Below, piece after piece: positions 27,247-36,103 of a stretch of 48,158 nt of DNA. The stretch's first letter is position 1. Each line of letters starts with the position of its first letter. This DNA comes from Candidatus Hydrogenedentota bacterium (GTDB taxonomy: Bacteria > Hydrogenedentota > Hydrogenedentia > Hydrogenedentales > SLHB01), in contig JBKHFO010000002.1 in NCBI GenBank assembly GCA_046540175.1, forward strand, positions 1-48,158. The letters are read 5' to 3'. Below the pieces are notes generated by a model. The model saw nothing but the letters and a program-made list of their open reading frames with translations. It was not told where the DNA came from and ran no database searches. Both the position numbers and the translations under genes were made by a program.

Positions 27247-29502
27247 TTACGAACCCGCCTCCTTGGACACGGCGAAGCGGAGCCCTTTCGCCATACTCTG
27301 GTGAAAGGCTTTCTCGATGAAGGTGGCCAGGGCGGCGGGCTCCATGTCCTCGCTGGGGAGGTGGACCGTCACAAACGCGGGTTCGGACAGGGCCGCGTGC
27401 AGGCTCCCCTCCATGCGCACGCGCTCCATCGGACTGACCGGCGCATCCCCGGCCAGGCGCGCGCCCGGCGGGTACGCGATGGACGTATCGTCCGCCATGC
27501 CGGAGAGCGTTTGCCGTAAGGCTTCACCGCCCTGCACGAGGTCTTGCTTCGCCAAACGGCGCCGGCACTCTATGTCCTCCGTGAGGCCCAGCACAAGGTC
27601 GAGGGAACGCTCGTTGCTTTTCTCCGCCAGGAGCCCGGCCAAGTGTTCGACGATGCGCCGGCCCATGTCCAAGGCTTCCTCGCAATGCAGCGGTTCTTGC
27701 AAGATAAGCTGGGCGCACGCGTCCAGCCCAAGCACGCGCACCGCGTACCGCGCGGATTCGGGGTCGGCATAAGGCGCGCCATCCCATTCCCGCGCAAGGA
27801 ACCCAAGCGGGCCCAAATCTTTCCAGGCCATCAGCCGCGTCAGGAAGGCCCGCTTCTCTTCGTGCGCCTGGACCGCGAGGTCCACCAAACGGTCGAGCCG
27901 CCGGAAGAAGGGCTCCTCGGTGGCGGCCGCGGCGCGGGGCAGATTGAGCGTTACGGCGTGCGCAAGCAGCCCTTGCGCGGTATCATCCCCCTCCCGCTCG
28001 AACCGTATCCGCACGGGCGCGCCCGCGAGAATGGCGCTGGCGGTCCGCTCAAGGCAACGCTCGCGGCCGGGGGCCTTAAAGAAACGCGCATCGGCCACAA
28101 ACTCCAAGCAGGGGGCCTGAAACGGCGTGAAGCCGGTGGGGCCGCGCCACGCCCCGTCGAGAAGGTTGAGCATGAAGCGCTGCGCCGCGCCCTCGAACGC
28201 CGCGTGTATCTCGCCCGCGTACGCGCCGCCCGGTCCGATCGCCTCGGATTTCCGCATGGCCTCGGGCGTGGTCCATCGCAGACTCAAGACCGTGGACGGC
28301 GCGCAGCGGTGAGCCAGTTCATTCAGCAACGCGTGCGCGGCGTATTCGCTCTCGGCGGCCGGCTGCTCAGCGATGAACGGGGCGAAATGGACGTTGAACG
28401 CGTCCCACACGGTCTCCCCGGCGAAATGCCGTTCGAGTCCCGCCGTGAACGCGGCTGTTTGCGCGACGAGATCCATGGCGTGAGCGGGTTGCCCGCCCAC
28501 GGGATGGCCTTCGATGCTTCTGGCGCCGAAGCGTTGCACGAACCCGAGTCCGTGCCCGCCCGCCGCGAACCGATCCACCGTATCAAGGCCATGAAGATGA
28601 AGCGCGCCGCCGAGGTGTGCGTCCGCCACTGGTTGGGAGAAGACTTGCGCCAACGCGAATTCCTTCTTGACGCGGCCCGCCAGAATCGCGTCGCTCGTGG
28701 CGGGATCGGCGTGCGCATGGCCGCCGGCCTCGTTGGAGACGCAGATGATTTTTTCCGCGTCAAACAGCGGCACGCCAAGGCGCATGTGGCGGCGGTAATG
28801 CTTTTCGAGTCCGTGCTCGATGAGCTTGGCGCCCACCAATTCCCGGATGAGGGGCGCCGTGAGCGTGGCCACCTGCGCATCGAGAATCTGCTGCTCGACT
28901 TCCCGGGCGATGATCCCGGCGGTGGCTTCATCCAGCGCCGTCTCCCGCACAAGGGCCTCCACGATGCGGCCCCGCTCCCACGTCATGAGCCGCTCGTCGC
29001 TCGTGCGGACAAAAAGCGAGAGGCCTTCCCCGGCGTGGGCCGCTTCGCGCTGTTCCGCCGCTTCGGTCTCTTCGACGACAGCCTGCACGTCCCCTTCCCG
29101 GAGCTTGCGCAAGCGCTGACGGCGATCGCGGTACCGCGCATATGCGAGGGCGGTGCGGCCGTGCCCCAGCTCGATGAGCACGCGTTCCACCGCGTCGTGA
29201 ACTTGATCCACGGTCACCGCGCCGCCGTTGAGCTGCTTCGCGAGATACAGCGTGACGGCCGACGCAAGGCTCTCCGCCCGGTCGCGATCCCCAAGACCGA
29301 GGGATTGCGCGGCCTGGTAAATGGCTTCCGCGATCTTTCGCCGCTCGAATGGGACCTCGCGCCCGTCGCGTTTGGTTATGGTCTCGATCGCCGAGGGCGC
29401 CTCGGTGAACGGGATCGGAAACGACAACTGCGCGTCGAAGACCCCTTCGCGCGGGTCCCAGGAAAACGGCTCGGGTTCGGGAGAAGGTTCGTTCGTGGTC
29501 AT
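27247..29502 (-). CDS. NrdD-like (class III ribonucleotide reductase fold) protein with two N-terminal ATP-cones, lacking the glycyl-radical C-terminus
   Basis: ATP-cones ITKRDGREVPFERRKIAEAI and VRTSDERLMTWERGRIVEAL. NrdD-like blocks ADAHLGGALHLHGLD and AVTLNLPRAA. The protein ends without an RxCGY glycyl-radical motif or C-terminal Zn-ribbon. Start placed at ATG 29502; the longer track ORF reads through a repeat element. Confidence 0.65.
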   Translation of the reverse strand: MTTNEPSPEPEPFSWDPREGVFDAQLSFPIPFTEAPSAIETITKRDGREVPFERRKIAEAIYQAAQSLGLGDRDRAESLASAVTLYLAKQLNGGAVTVDQVHDAVERVLIELGHGRTALAYARYRDRRQRLRKLREGDVQAVVEETEAAEQREAAHAGEGLSLFVRTSDERLMTWERGRIVEALVRETALDEATAGIIAREVEQQILDAQVATLTAPLIRELVGAKLIEHGLEKHYRRHMRLGVPLFDAEKIICVSNEAGGHAHADPATSDAILAGRVKKEFALAQVFSQPVADAHLGGALHLHGLDTVDRFAAGGHGLGFVQRFGARSIEGHPVGGQPAHAMDLVAQTAAFTAGLERHFAGETVWDAFNVHFAPFIAEQPAAESEYAAHALLNELAHRCAPSTVLSLRWTTPEAMRKSEAIGPGGAYAGEIHAAFEGAAQRFMLNLLDGAWRGPTGFTPFQAPCLEFVADARFFKAPGRERCLERTASAILAGAPVRIRFEREGDDTAQGLLAHAVTLNLPRAAAATEEPFFRRLDRLVDLAVQAHEEKRAFLTRLMAWKDLGPLGFLAREWDGAPYADPESARYAVRVLGLDACAQLILQEPLHCEEALDMGRRIVEHLAGLLAEKSNERSLDLVLGLTEDIECRRRLAKQDLVQGGEALRQTLSGMADDTSIAYPPGARLAGDAPVSPMERVRMEGSLHAALSEPAFVTVHLPSEDMEPAALATFIEKAFHQSMAKGLRFAVSKEAGS

Positions 29503-29584
29503 GAATAATACGCCATTGAGGTCTATAGTAGGGTCCGAATAGGTTCCTTCCTCGAATCGCCGGATGAGAGGGCGGCTGTGGGAG

Positions 29585-29685
29585 ACATCCCCCTTGATCC
29601 CCTTCAAAGGGGGAATTGCACATGAAAGCCGGCAAGAGGCCGGCGGCACGAATGATTCCCCCTTTGAAAGGGGTGCAGGGGATGT
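29585..29685. repeat. inverted pair of the GGGGGAAT hairpin repeat (copies 2 and 3)
   Basis: ACATCCCCCTTGATCCCCTTCAAAGGGGGAAT (29585-29616) is paired with the reverse complement of 29655-29685 (ACATCCCCTGCACCCCTTTCAAAGGGGGAAT). The pair is bracketed by the 10-bp direct repeat ATTGAGGTCT at 29515-29524 and 29718-29727. Confidence 0.7.
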
Positions 29686-29845
29686 AAAACACGCGCCGCC
29701 GCCTGTGCAACGCGGCGATTGAGGTCTCCAACGCCGCCAGTGTACCCGGCGCTAGCCGCTGAAACAAATGGCCGCGCTTGAATCCGGGCGCTGTGTCGTG
29801 TTGAATACGGGCTTCACCCCAGTCAGCAACGAAGGACAAACGCCG

Positions 29846-30802
29846 ATGAAAGCGCTTGAATTGGATCGCGCGGGTCAGACCGTGCGCGCCGTGGAGAAGC
29901 CGAAGCCCGAACCCGCGGAAGGCGAAGCCCTGGTCCGCGTGCTCATGGCGGGGATCTGCAACACGGATCTCGAGTTGGCCCAGGGCTACATGGACTTTAG
30001 CGGCATTCCCGGCCATGAGTTCGCCGGGGTGGTCGAGGAATGCGCCAACGGCCACCTCCGGGGACAGCGCGTGGTGGGCGAAATCAATTGCGTGTGCCAC
30101 GAATGCGCGTACTGCCGCATGGAAATGCCCAACCATTGCCTCAACCGGACGGTGCTAGGCATCCTGAACCGGGACGGCGCCTTCGCCGAGTATATCACGC
30201 TGCCCGAGGAGAACCTGCACATCATCCCCAAGCGCATGCCCGAGGAGGTGGCGGTGTTCGCCGAGCCCGCGGCCGCCGCGTTCCGCATCCTCGAGCAAGC
30301 GCCCGTCGAGGAGGGGCAGCGCGTGCTGGTCTTGGGCGACGGCAAACTCGGCCAGCTCATCGCCCAGGTCCTCTGGCTGCGCACCAAGCAGCTCGTATGC
30401 GTGGGCCGCCACCGCTGGAAACTGAATCTTCTCGCGCCGCTGGGCATCGCCACGGCCCTTGACACGGATCCCATCGAACCGGGCGCGGACCTCGTGGTGG
30501 AGGTTACGGGAACGCCGGAGGGGCTCAACCGCGCGCTCGAACTTGTCCGGCCCGAGGGGACCGTCGTGCTCAAGACCACCGTCGCCCAGGGCGCTCCCAT
30601 TGACATGAGCCGCCCCGTCATCAACGAAATCACCATCCTGGGCTCCCGCTGCGGCCCCTTCCGCCCGGCCGTCGAGGCGTTGGCCCTGGGTAATGTCGAG
30701 GCGTGGCCCCTGATCAGCGCCACCTACCCCCTGACCGAGGGACCCGCCGCCTTCGAACACGCCCGGCGGAAGGACGCCATGAAGGTGTTGCTTCAACCCT
30801 AA
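29846..30802 (+). CDS. zinc-type medium-chain alcohol dehydrogenase/reductase
   Basis: MKALELDRAG...GEALVRVLMAGICNTDLEL..GHEFAG and the structural Zn site CHECAYCRMEMPNHC. GAAGGA RBS before ATG 29846. Confidence 0.85.
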   Translation: MKALELDRAGQTVRAVEKPKPEPAEGEALVRVLMAGICNTDLELAQGYMDFSGIPGHEFAGVVEECANGHLRGQRVVGEINCVCHECAYCRMEMPNHCLNRTVLGILNRDGAFAEYITLPEENLHIIPKRMPEEVAVFAEPAAAAFRILEQAPVEEGQRVLVLGDGKLGQLIAQVLWLRTKQLVCVGRHRWKLNLLAPLGIATALDTDPIEPGADLVVEVTGTPEGLNRALELVRPEGTVVLKTTVAQGAPIDMSRPVINEITILGSRCGPFRPAVEALALGNVEAWPLISATYPLTEGPAAFEHARRKDAMKVLLQP

Positions 30803-30813
30803 TCCCGAGCCCC

Positions 30814-31677
30814 ATGACCGACTCGAACCCCATCTGCCCGCGAACGCTTTTCATCCATGCCGGCGGCATCGGTGATTTCCTGCTGGCGTGCCCGGCATTG
30901 GCGGCGCTGGCGCGCGAGGAGACCGTCGATCTGCTCGGCCGGCCCGAGCGCCTCAAGTTGGCCGTGGAGGCCGGCATTGCGCACGCGGCGTATTCCCTCG
31001 ACGCCGCCGATTTCGGCTCCGTCTTTCACGCGCCAAGCGAGCATCTCAAGGCGTTTCTCGCTCCATACGACCGGGCCATCGTGTGGTTGCGCGACGAAGA
31101 CGGAACCCTGGCGGCGAATTTGCGCGCATGCGGCGTGGAGCGGGTGGACGCGTTTCCGGGCCTGCCGCCGGAGGGCTGGGAGCGTTCCGCGGCGGAGTAT
31201 TACACGGAATGCCTGGGCTACGGCGATCTGCCGCCATTCCGGCTCAAGCTCGCGCCCCTCGACCCGCCGGGCGACGTCATCATCCATCCCGGAAGCGGCA
31301 GTCCCCACAAGAACTGGCCGTTCGAGCGGTTCCGCGCCGTCGCGCACGATCTGCAAGACCTGGGCCTTGCCGTGGCCTGGTGCGTGGGGCCTGCCGAACT
31401 CGAACAGGGCGTGGACCTGCCCGGCCGCCCCTTGCAGGAGGATTCCCTCGTAACCCTGGCGCGGCGCTTGGCGGGAGCCCGCCTCTACCTCGGCAACGAT
31501 AGTGGCGTCACCCACCTCGCCGCCGCGGCCGCCTGCCGCACCATCGCCCTCTTCGGCCCCACGAACCCCGCCGTCTGGGCGCCGCGCGGAAGCAACGTCC
31601 ACGTGCTCCAAGGCCACCCTTGGCCCAGCGTATCGGAGGCGCGCGGCCTCCTGTACCGCTTGCTTCCGCCGTGTTAA
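30814..31677 (+). CDS. glycosyltransferase family 9 (heptosyltransferase-like)
   Basis: LFIHAGGIGDFLLACPALAAL, IIHPGSGSPHKNWPFERF and YLGNDSGVTHLAAAAACRTIALFGPT motifs; 287 aa from ATG 30814. Confidence 0.85.
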   Translation: MTDSNPICPRTLFIHAGGIGDFLLACPALAALAREETVDLLGRPERLKLAVEAGIAHAAYSLDAADFGSVFHAPSEHLKAFLAPYDRAIVWLRDEDGTLAANLRACGVERVDAFPGLPPEGWERSAAEYYTECLGYGDLPPFRLKLAPLDPPGDVIIHPGSGSPHKNWPFERFRAVAHDLQDLGLAVAWCVGPAELEQGVDLPGRPLQEDSLVTLARRLAGARLYLGNDSGVTHLAAAAACRTIALFGPTNPAVWAPRGSNVHVLQGHPWPSVSEARGLLYRLLPPC

Positions 31678-31736
31678 GCGCCATCCCCCCCCGTGACGCG
31701 TTACCCCAGGTAATCTACCTCCAAATCACTTCCACC

Positions 31737-34331
31737 CTATTGACTGACGCGATATGGCCGGGCCCCGCTTACAATCCGAAAGTCCCTAATGTGAGCCTTG
31801 CCTTCGCCTTGCCAAATACCGCAGCGAAACGTCACATTTCGAGCCCCTGACGGAATGGTGTGTCCTTCTTCCAACAGAAAGGATTGTCTATGCCAATCCC
31901 TTGAGCCGTACGATCGATGCAGTTCGATCCAGTAGTTCTCTCCCCTTTGATCCACACCCGATATATTTGATCGGAACACCCGGGAGGGATACTCGCCAGG
32001 CGACACGTCCTCAAGTTTCACATCCATCGCAACAGTCCACTGCTCAAACCAGGTTAGTCTGCGCTCTGGATTATCCACATACACTTTCACGTCATCCAAC
32101 CGCACATATCCTTCTTCACTCTCCCCCACTTCAACACCTAGTTGAACACCCCCCTGGCGCAACCCTTCTCTCACCGGCCATTCAATACGAAACTCCTCCT
32201 GTCCCGGCTCCATAACCTTTCTAATGGCGGCTTCTTCACTTCCCCTGCTTGGGCGAACATACAAAGCGGCCTTTACATCCTCAGTGACCGATGCGCTTAC
32301 CTCTATTTCCACCGTTACGCCCTCGTGCAGGACATCGAAATAGACATCTTTAGACACTATGGCTTTAGCCTCATCTCCCCGGACTATCGCGCTGTCCGTA
32401 TACTCGTTCTCTCCTCTAACGATTTGCTCTTCACCGCCTTTGAAGCTCCATGATGAAGGAATACCCTCCGTCCAACGCTCAAACCGGCTGTTCGATAGGG
32501 GGACTTCAAAGCGTTCAGGGAAGCGCACTCGAACTATTGCGCGCTGGTCCTCTCTCCCTTCAAAACTCACTGTACGCTTTGAAGGAGCTAGCTCGACTTT
32601 CCCCTCGGGACTCCAGGCATCCAACTCGTTTTCGATATATTCATACGACGTCACTTCATGCTGGGAAGACGCATCGGCAAAAACCACCACATCCCCGAAC
32701 TCCTCATACACAGAAAACGCTCGCTTTAGCGTCTCCTCAAACCCCTCCCCATATTCCTCTAGACTTGTCTTGAGTGTGACCAATTGCTTCGCCGCGTCAC
32801 GATCCGACGACATAACTCTCGCCAAATCTTCCTCTGTCTCTATTCGCTCTTGAAGAGGCAGTTCCGGCCAAGGCGCCCCGGGGATTTGCCGGAGATAATG
32901 GTCCACTCCCCTTTCCACCAGTAGAAAAGAGCCTCTATGTTCCGCGAACAGGAGAACATCTTCCGGATGAAGATCTTGAGCTATGAACTCCGCCGCGCCT
33001 CGCCAGTCCTGTAGCGGACGATCCTCATAGTACGCTTGCAACGCCTCCACTGCGCCATGGTACGGAATCACGCCAATGACCAATACGCCTATCATTCTGC
33101 TATATCTAAGCGCGCTCGCCGGCGCCCGCCAATACACACCAGCCCTACACCTTTTGACACAAGCGCCGCCGCAAGCGCAGAGAACGTTTAGCAGCCAAGA
33201 TACCCCCACCGCAAACCCGATGACATGAAGCGCATAGTTTCCCACAAAATAGCGGGCCGTATACCAATGAAAAGCCGTTATCTGCGTCAGCGCGAAAGGA
33301 AAGACAATCAACATCCCCAGGCAAGCTAGCCCTACATGCGGTGTATTATACGCAAGGATCACACATCCAAAGACCGATACAGTAATCATTCCCCAAAACA
33401 AGTAGGGGTCATATATGCCGCTAAGTTTCTTAACGTAACGTACATAGTCATCCAAATCTAGTGTATAGCCGCTGTCCTCGGTATCTTCTTCTTCGGTTTC
33501 GCTAAGCGATTCACTCGCGGCGAAACCCGCGAGAGGTCCTATCATAATTGTTTCGCGAAGATTCCTTCCGGTGTCTTGCATGCTATCCGTTACAAGAAAG
33601 GCGCTAAAACCGCTTGCCAAGGCTAGGGCCAAGGCTAGGCTTCGAATCGTATGACCGTGACTGTGACTCCAAATGAAGAACACGCCGGCCAATCCGGCGC
33701 TCACGGCGAAAAAGACAACCGCGAATGGAACGAAAAAGAGATGCGTCAAACAGCCCAGAAATACGGCCCCGGCAGCCCCAATATACGCGAAAAGATTGTT
33801 GGAGCAGCGCGCATAATCAACAAGAACAGCTACCAGCAACACGAAAAAGACTATATGGCTATAGTAGCGCGCCTCTTGGCTATATTCGACAAGGGACACG
33901 GATACCGCCACAAGGAGAGCCGCGAGAAGGCCTGCTCGCCAATCGGCGGCTCTACCAGCTAGAACAAACCCTAGACCAATAGAGAGGACCCCCGATATCA
34001 CGGACGGCGAGCGTAGAATCCACTCGCTATCTCCTACTTGGCGGGCAAAATGGGCAAGCACATTGATAAGAGGATAACTCGTTACGTTAAGACTGAACAG
34101 AAAAGATCCGCCGCCTCTATCGAAGGTATGCATCTCATCCGTCCATAGAGATGCGTTTAATTTGTAAATCCTAAGGCCTATACCCAGAAGCACGATAACG
34201 AAAAGCGCAACCAAGGCCAATCGCCTAGTGTTCTTGTTATCGGGTAGAAGGCGTGGATAAAGTGCTTTGGGAGTTGTACTCAAACCGGCAACCTCGCAAA
34301 GGCCAATGGGGTTAAACAAACAGCACGCCAT
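31737..34331 (-). CDS. polytopic GT-C (ArnT/PMT-like) membrane glycosyltransferase with a large soluble C-terminal domain
   Basis: The N-terminal ~430 aa carry many hydrophobic helices, with an early loop LWTDEMHT and an ArnT/PMT_2-like layout. The C-terminal ~430 aa are soluble with no motif I recognise. Noticeably lower GC than the surroundings. Confidence 0.7.
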   Translation of the reverse strand: MACCLFNPIGLCEVAGLSTTPKALYPRLLPDNKNTRRLALVALFVIVLLGIGLRIYKLNASLWTDEMHTFDRGGGSFLFSLNVTSYPLINVLAHFARQVGDSEWILRSPSVISGVLSIGLGFVLAGRAADWRAGLLAALLVAVSVSLVEYSQEARYYSHIVFFVLLVAVLVDYARCSNNLFAYIGAAGAVFLGCLTHLFFVPFAVVFFAVSAGLAGVFFIWSHSHGHTIRSLALALALASGFSAFLVTDSMQDTGRNLRETIMIGPLAGFAASESLSETEEEDTEDSGYTLDLDDYVRYVKKLSGIYDPYLFWGMITVSVFGCVILAYNTPHVGLACLGMLIVFPFALTQITAFHWYTARYFVGNYALHVIGFAVGVSWLLNVLCACGGACVKRCRAGVYWRAPASALRYSRMIGVLVIGVIPYHGAVEALQAYYEDRPLQDWRGAAEFIAQDLHPEDVLLFAEHRGSFLLVERGVDHYLRQIPGAPWPELPLQERIETEEDLARVMSSDRDAAKQLVTLKTSLEEYGEGFEETLKRAFSVYEEFGDVVVFADASSQHEVTSYEYIENELDAWSPEGKVELAPSKRTVSFEGREDQRAIVRVRFPERFEVPLSNSRFERWTEGIPSSWSFKGGEEQIVRGENEYTDSAIVRGDEAKAIVSKDVYFDVLHEGVTVEIEVSASVTEDVKAALYVRPSRGSEEAAIRKVMEPGQEEFRIEWPVREGLRQGGVQLGVEVGESEEGYVRLDDVKVYVDNPERRLTWFEQWTVAMDVKLEDVSPGEYPSRVFRSNISGVDQRGENYWIELHRSYGSRDWHRQSFLLEEGHTIPSGARNVTFRCGIWQGEGKAHIRDFRIVSGARPYRVSQ

Positions 34332-34635
34332 TTCCAGATAGTCTTGATGCTGGCGCGCATGAAGTCAGACATCTCCTTAGCGTCCTGAAGTTTAGTAGGG
34401 AAAGGTCTTGTTTCGTGCACAGCTGGACAGCCTCCCCGGGGGACGGCAGGCGCAGCCACTGGCGGGCATTGTACTGCCCCCCTATACGCGGCCTCAAGAC
34501 GCGCCCAACCCTCCACAACGCTAGGCCGGGCGGGAACTTCTCGTTCCCCGTTGGGTTACACTAACCAAAGGCGCGATGTGGATCGCGGCAAGGCTGGAAT
34601 GGCGACAACGCCGTTACAAGAAAGAGGACCATGTC

Positions 34636-35526
34636 ATGACGAAAAGCATTATAGTGGCCATTGTCACCCTATCCCTGGGCGCCATCGCAGGGACGATAGT
34701 CACCCAAACTCGTTTGAGCGGCGAAATGGAACAGCTTCGGGGGGAGCACCGGGAAAGCCTGAGACTCGCCAACGAGACCCAGGAGGCCTTGGCTTCAACG
34801 GAGCGGCGGGCCGAGCGGCTAGCCCAACAAAACACCCATCTCGAGGATCGCTTGGACCGCCTCCACGCCACACTCGAGGACGCCCAGGGCGGGGCTGGCG
34901 CGGTTGACGCGCAAGACGAAGGCGAATCCCTGGACGGAGAGGCCTTGGCTGGGGTCGAAGATGCCCGGATGGAAATGCCGCAGGGGGCAAATGCCCCCCA
35001 GCGGGAGGCCGCCATGGATTGGCGCGAGGAACTGGCTAGAGAGCGCGAAGAGGACGCCGAAGCAACCGAGGAAGAACGCGAGGCGAGACGAGAGGAGAGA
35101 CGGCAAGAGTGGGAGCAGCGCGCGCAGCAGATGCGGGATGACATGCGGGAGCGCTTGCAGGAGGCGATCCAGACCGCGGAGGATCCGCAGTCGCGTGACC
35201 GCATGACAGCCGTGGCGGAATACAGCGAATATATCATGGAACTGCGCGAGCAGATGCGCGACGCTGGTGACGACGAGCAACGTGAAGCATTGGTTGAAGA
35301 GATGCGCGAAGCCGGCCGCGAGGTGCGCAATCTTGTCGAAGAGCAGCAAGAACATAACCTGATGAACGTCGCCGAGCAATATGGCATCACCGACGAGGCG
35401 GAGGCGCGCGCGTTGATCGAGTCGCTAGACGAAGCCCGGTCCGATGGTATCTTGGGCGGCGGCCGGCGCGGCGGCATGCCCGGCGTCATGGGCCGGGGCG
35501 GCCCGGGTGGCGGCCGGGGCCGGTAA
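34636..35526 (+). CDS. membrane-anchored, highly charged coiled-coil protein with Gly/Arg-rich tail (function unknown)
   Basis: ATG 34636 preceded by AAGAGGA. N-terminal TM helix IIVAIVTLSLGAIAGTIV, long E/R/Q-rich heptad-like region, and C-terminus GGGRRGGMPGVMGRGGPGGGRGR. Confidence 0.6.
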   Translation: MTKSIIVAIVTLSLGAIAGTIVTQTRLSGEMEQLRGEHRESLRLANETQEALASTERRAERLAQQNTHLEDRLDRLHATLEDAQGGAGAVDAQDEGESLDGEALAGVEDARMEMPQGANAPQREAAMDWREELAREREEDAEATEEEREARREERRQEWEQRAQQMRDDMRERLQEAIQTAEDPQSRDRMTAVAEYSEYIMELREQMRDAGDDEQREALVEEMREAGREVRNLVEEQQEHNLMNVAEQYGITDEAEARALIESLDEARSDGILGGGRRGGMPGVMGRGGPGGGRGR

Positions 35527-35912
35527 GACAGACCGCCCGCCGACACTGGGCAAATAACGGATTCCCCCCAAGAGAGTACGAGACTAGAGAGGGAGGAGGG
35601 TTCCTTGCGAAGGAGTTATCTGACAGAGGGGGTAATACTATTCCGTTCCACTAGATAGCGCCTGGATATACCCGTAGCGTATCCCATTCTCTGCGCATCC
35701 CCGCGCATTGAAGGTTGGCGGCGACCGCTTTCAATGCGCGGGCTCTCTCCAAAACCTTCCGCGAATAAGCCACTGCTGGCGTCTTCTACATAGAAACTTA
35801 ATGCAATATGGCCGAGCCTAATGAAGCTGGCGGCGAGGATACCGTTTAGAGCAGGAGTTTGTAAGGGAGGAGGAGCGGCGGGCCTTGGGAACCCGCCGCT
35901 CCGATGCGGGGA

Positions 35913-36103
35913 GTGTCTGAAATCGGGGCTCCGTGTAGGTTAGGTGCAAGAGGGTCACGGACTATCTGAGGGTCGAGGCGCTTGACTTGGGCTAGCCAAG
36001 GCCTCCGGGCGTTTTGGGGGAGCTACCGGCTTCTTGGGTTGCGGTGCGAACTAGATGGAGACGAGCGGCCGGTCCCCTAAAACGCCCCGGTGATTTCAGA
36101 CAC
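35913..36103 (+). ncRNA. candidate structured RNA or palindromic element (~190 nt multi-stem junction); class unknown
   Basis: Closing 12-bp perfect stem GTGTCTGAAATC (35913-35924) / GATTTCAGACAC (36092-36103). Internal stems: TCCGTG/CACGGA (35930-35935/35956-35961); GAGGC/GCCTC (35975-35979/36001-36005) around CTTGG/CCAAG; GGCGTTTTGGGG/CCCCTAAAACGCC (36008-36019/36074-36086) continued by ACCGGC/GCCGGT. Strand assignment is tentative and rests on a T6 run at 36143-36148. Confidence 0.3.

Noticed and set aside
29503-29649. The N-terminal extension of the NrdD-like ORF (MPPASCRLSCAIPPLKGIKGDV...).
   Set aside because: It is the translation of the GGGGGAAT repeat element and the intergenic sequence. 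The ATP-cone protein plausibly starts at ATG 29502, although no strong RBS is present.
35769-35775. GCCACTG, resembling the cobalamin riboswitch B12-box core.
   Set aside because: It is an isolated heptamer. No GGGAA/GGUG/CCCCCGC context is present, and no B12-related gene lies downstream.
35919-35935. RNase P RNA P4-like string (GAAATCGGGGCTCCGTG compared with GAAAGUCCGGGCUCCAU).
   Set aside because: The other universally conserved RNase P blocks (GGUAACGCC, ACAGAA, AGGGUGAAA-type) are absent. The enclosed structure is only ~190 nt.
35913-36103. A retron msr/msd: a 12-bp a1/a2-like inverted repeat flanking ~170 nt.
   Set aside because: No reverse transcriptase ORF, and no YxDD motif in any frame, lies downstream or anywhere in the window.
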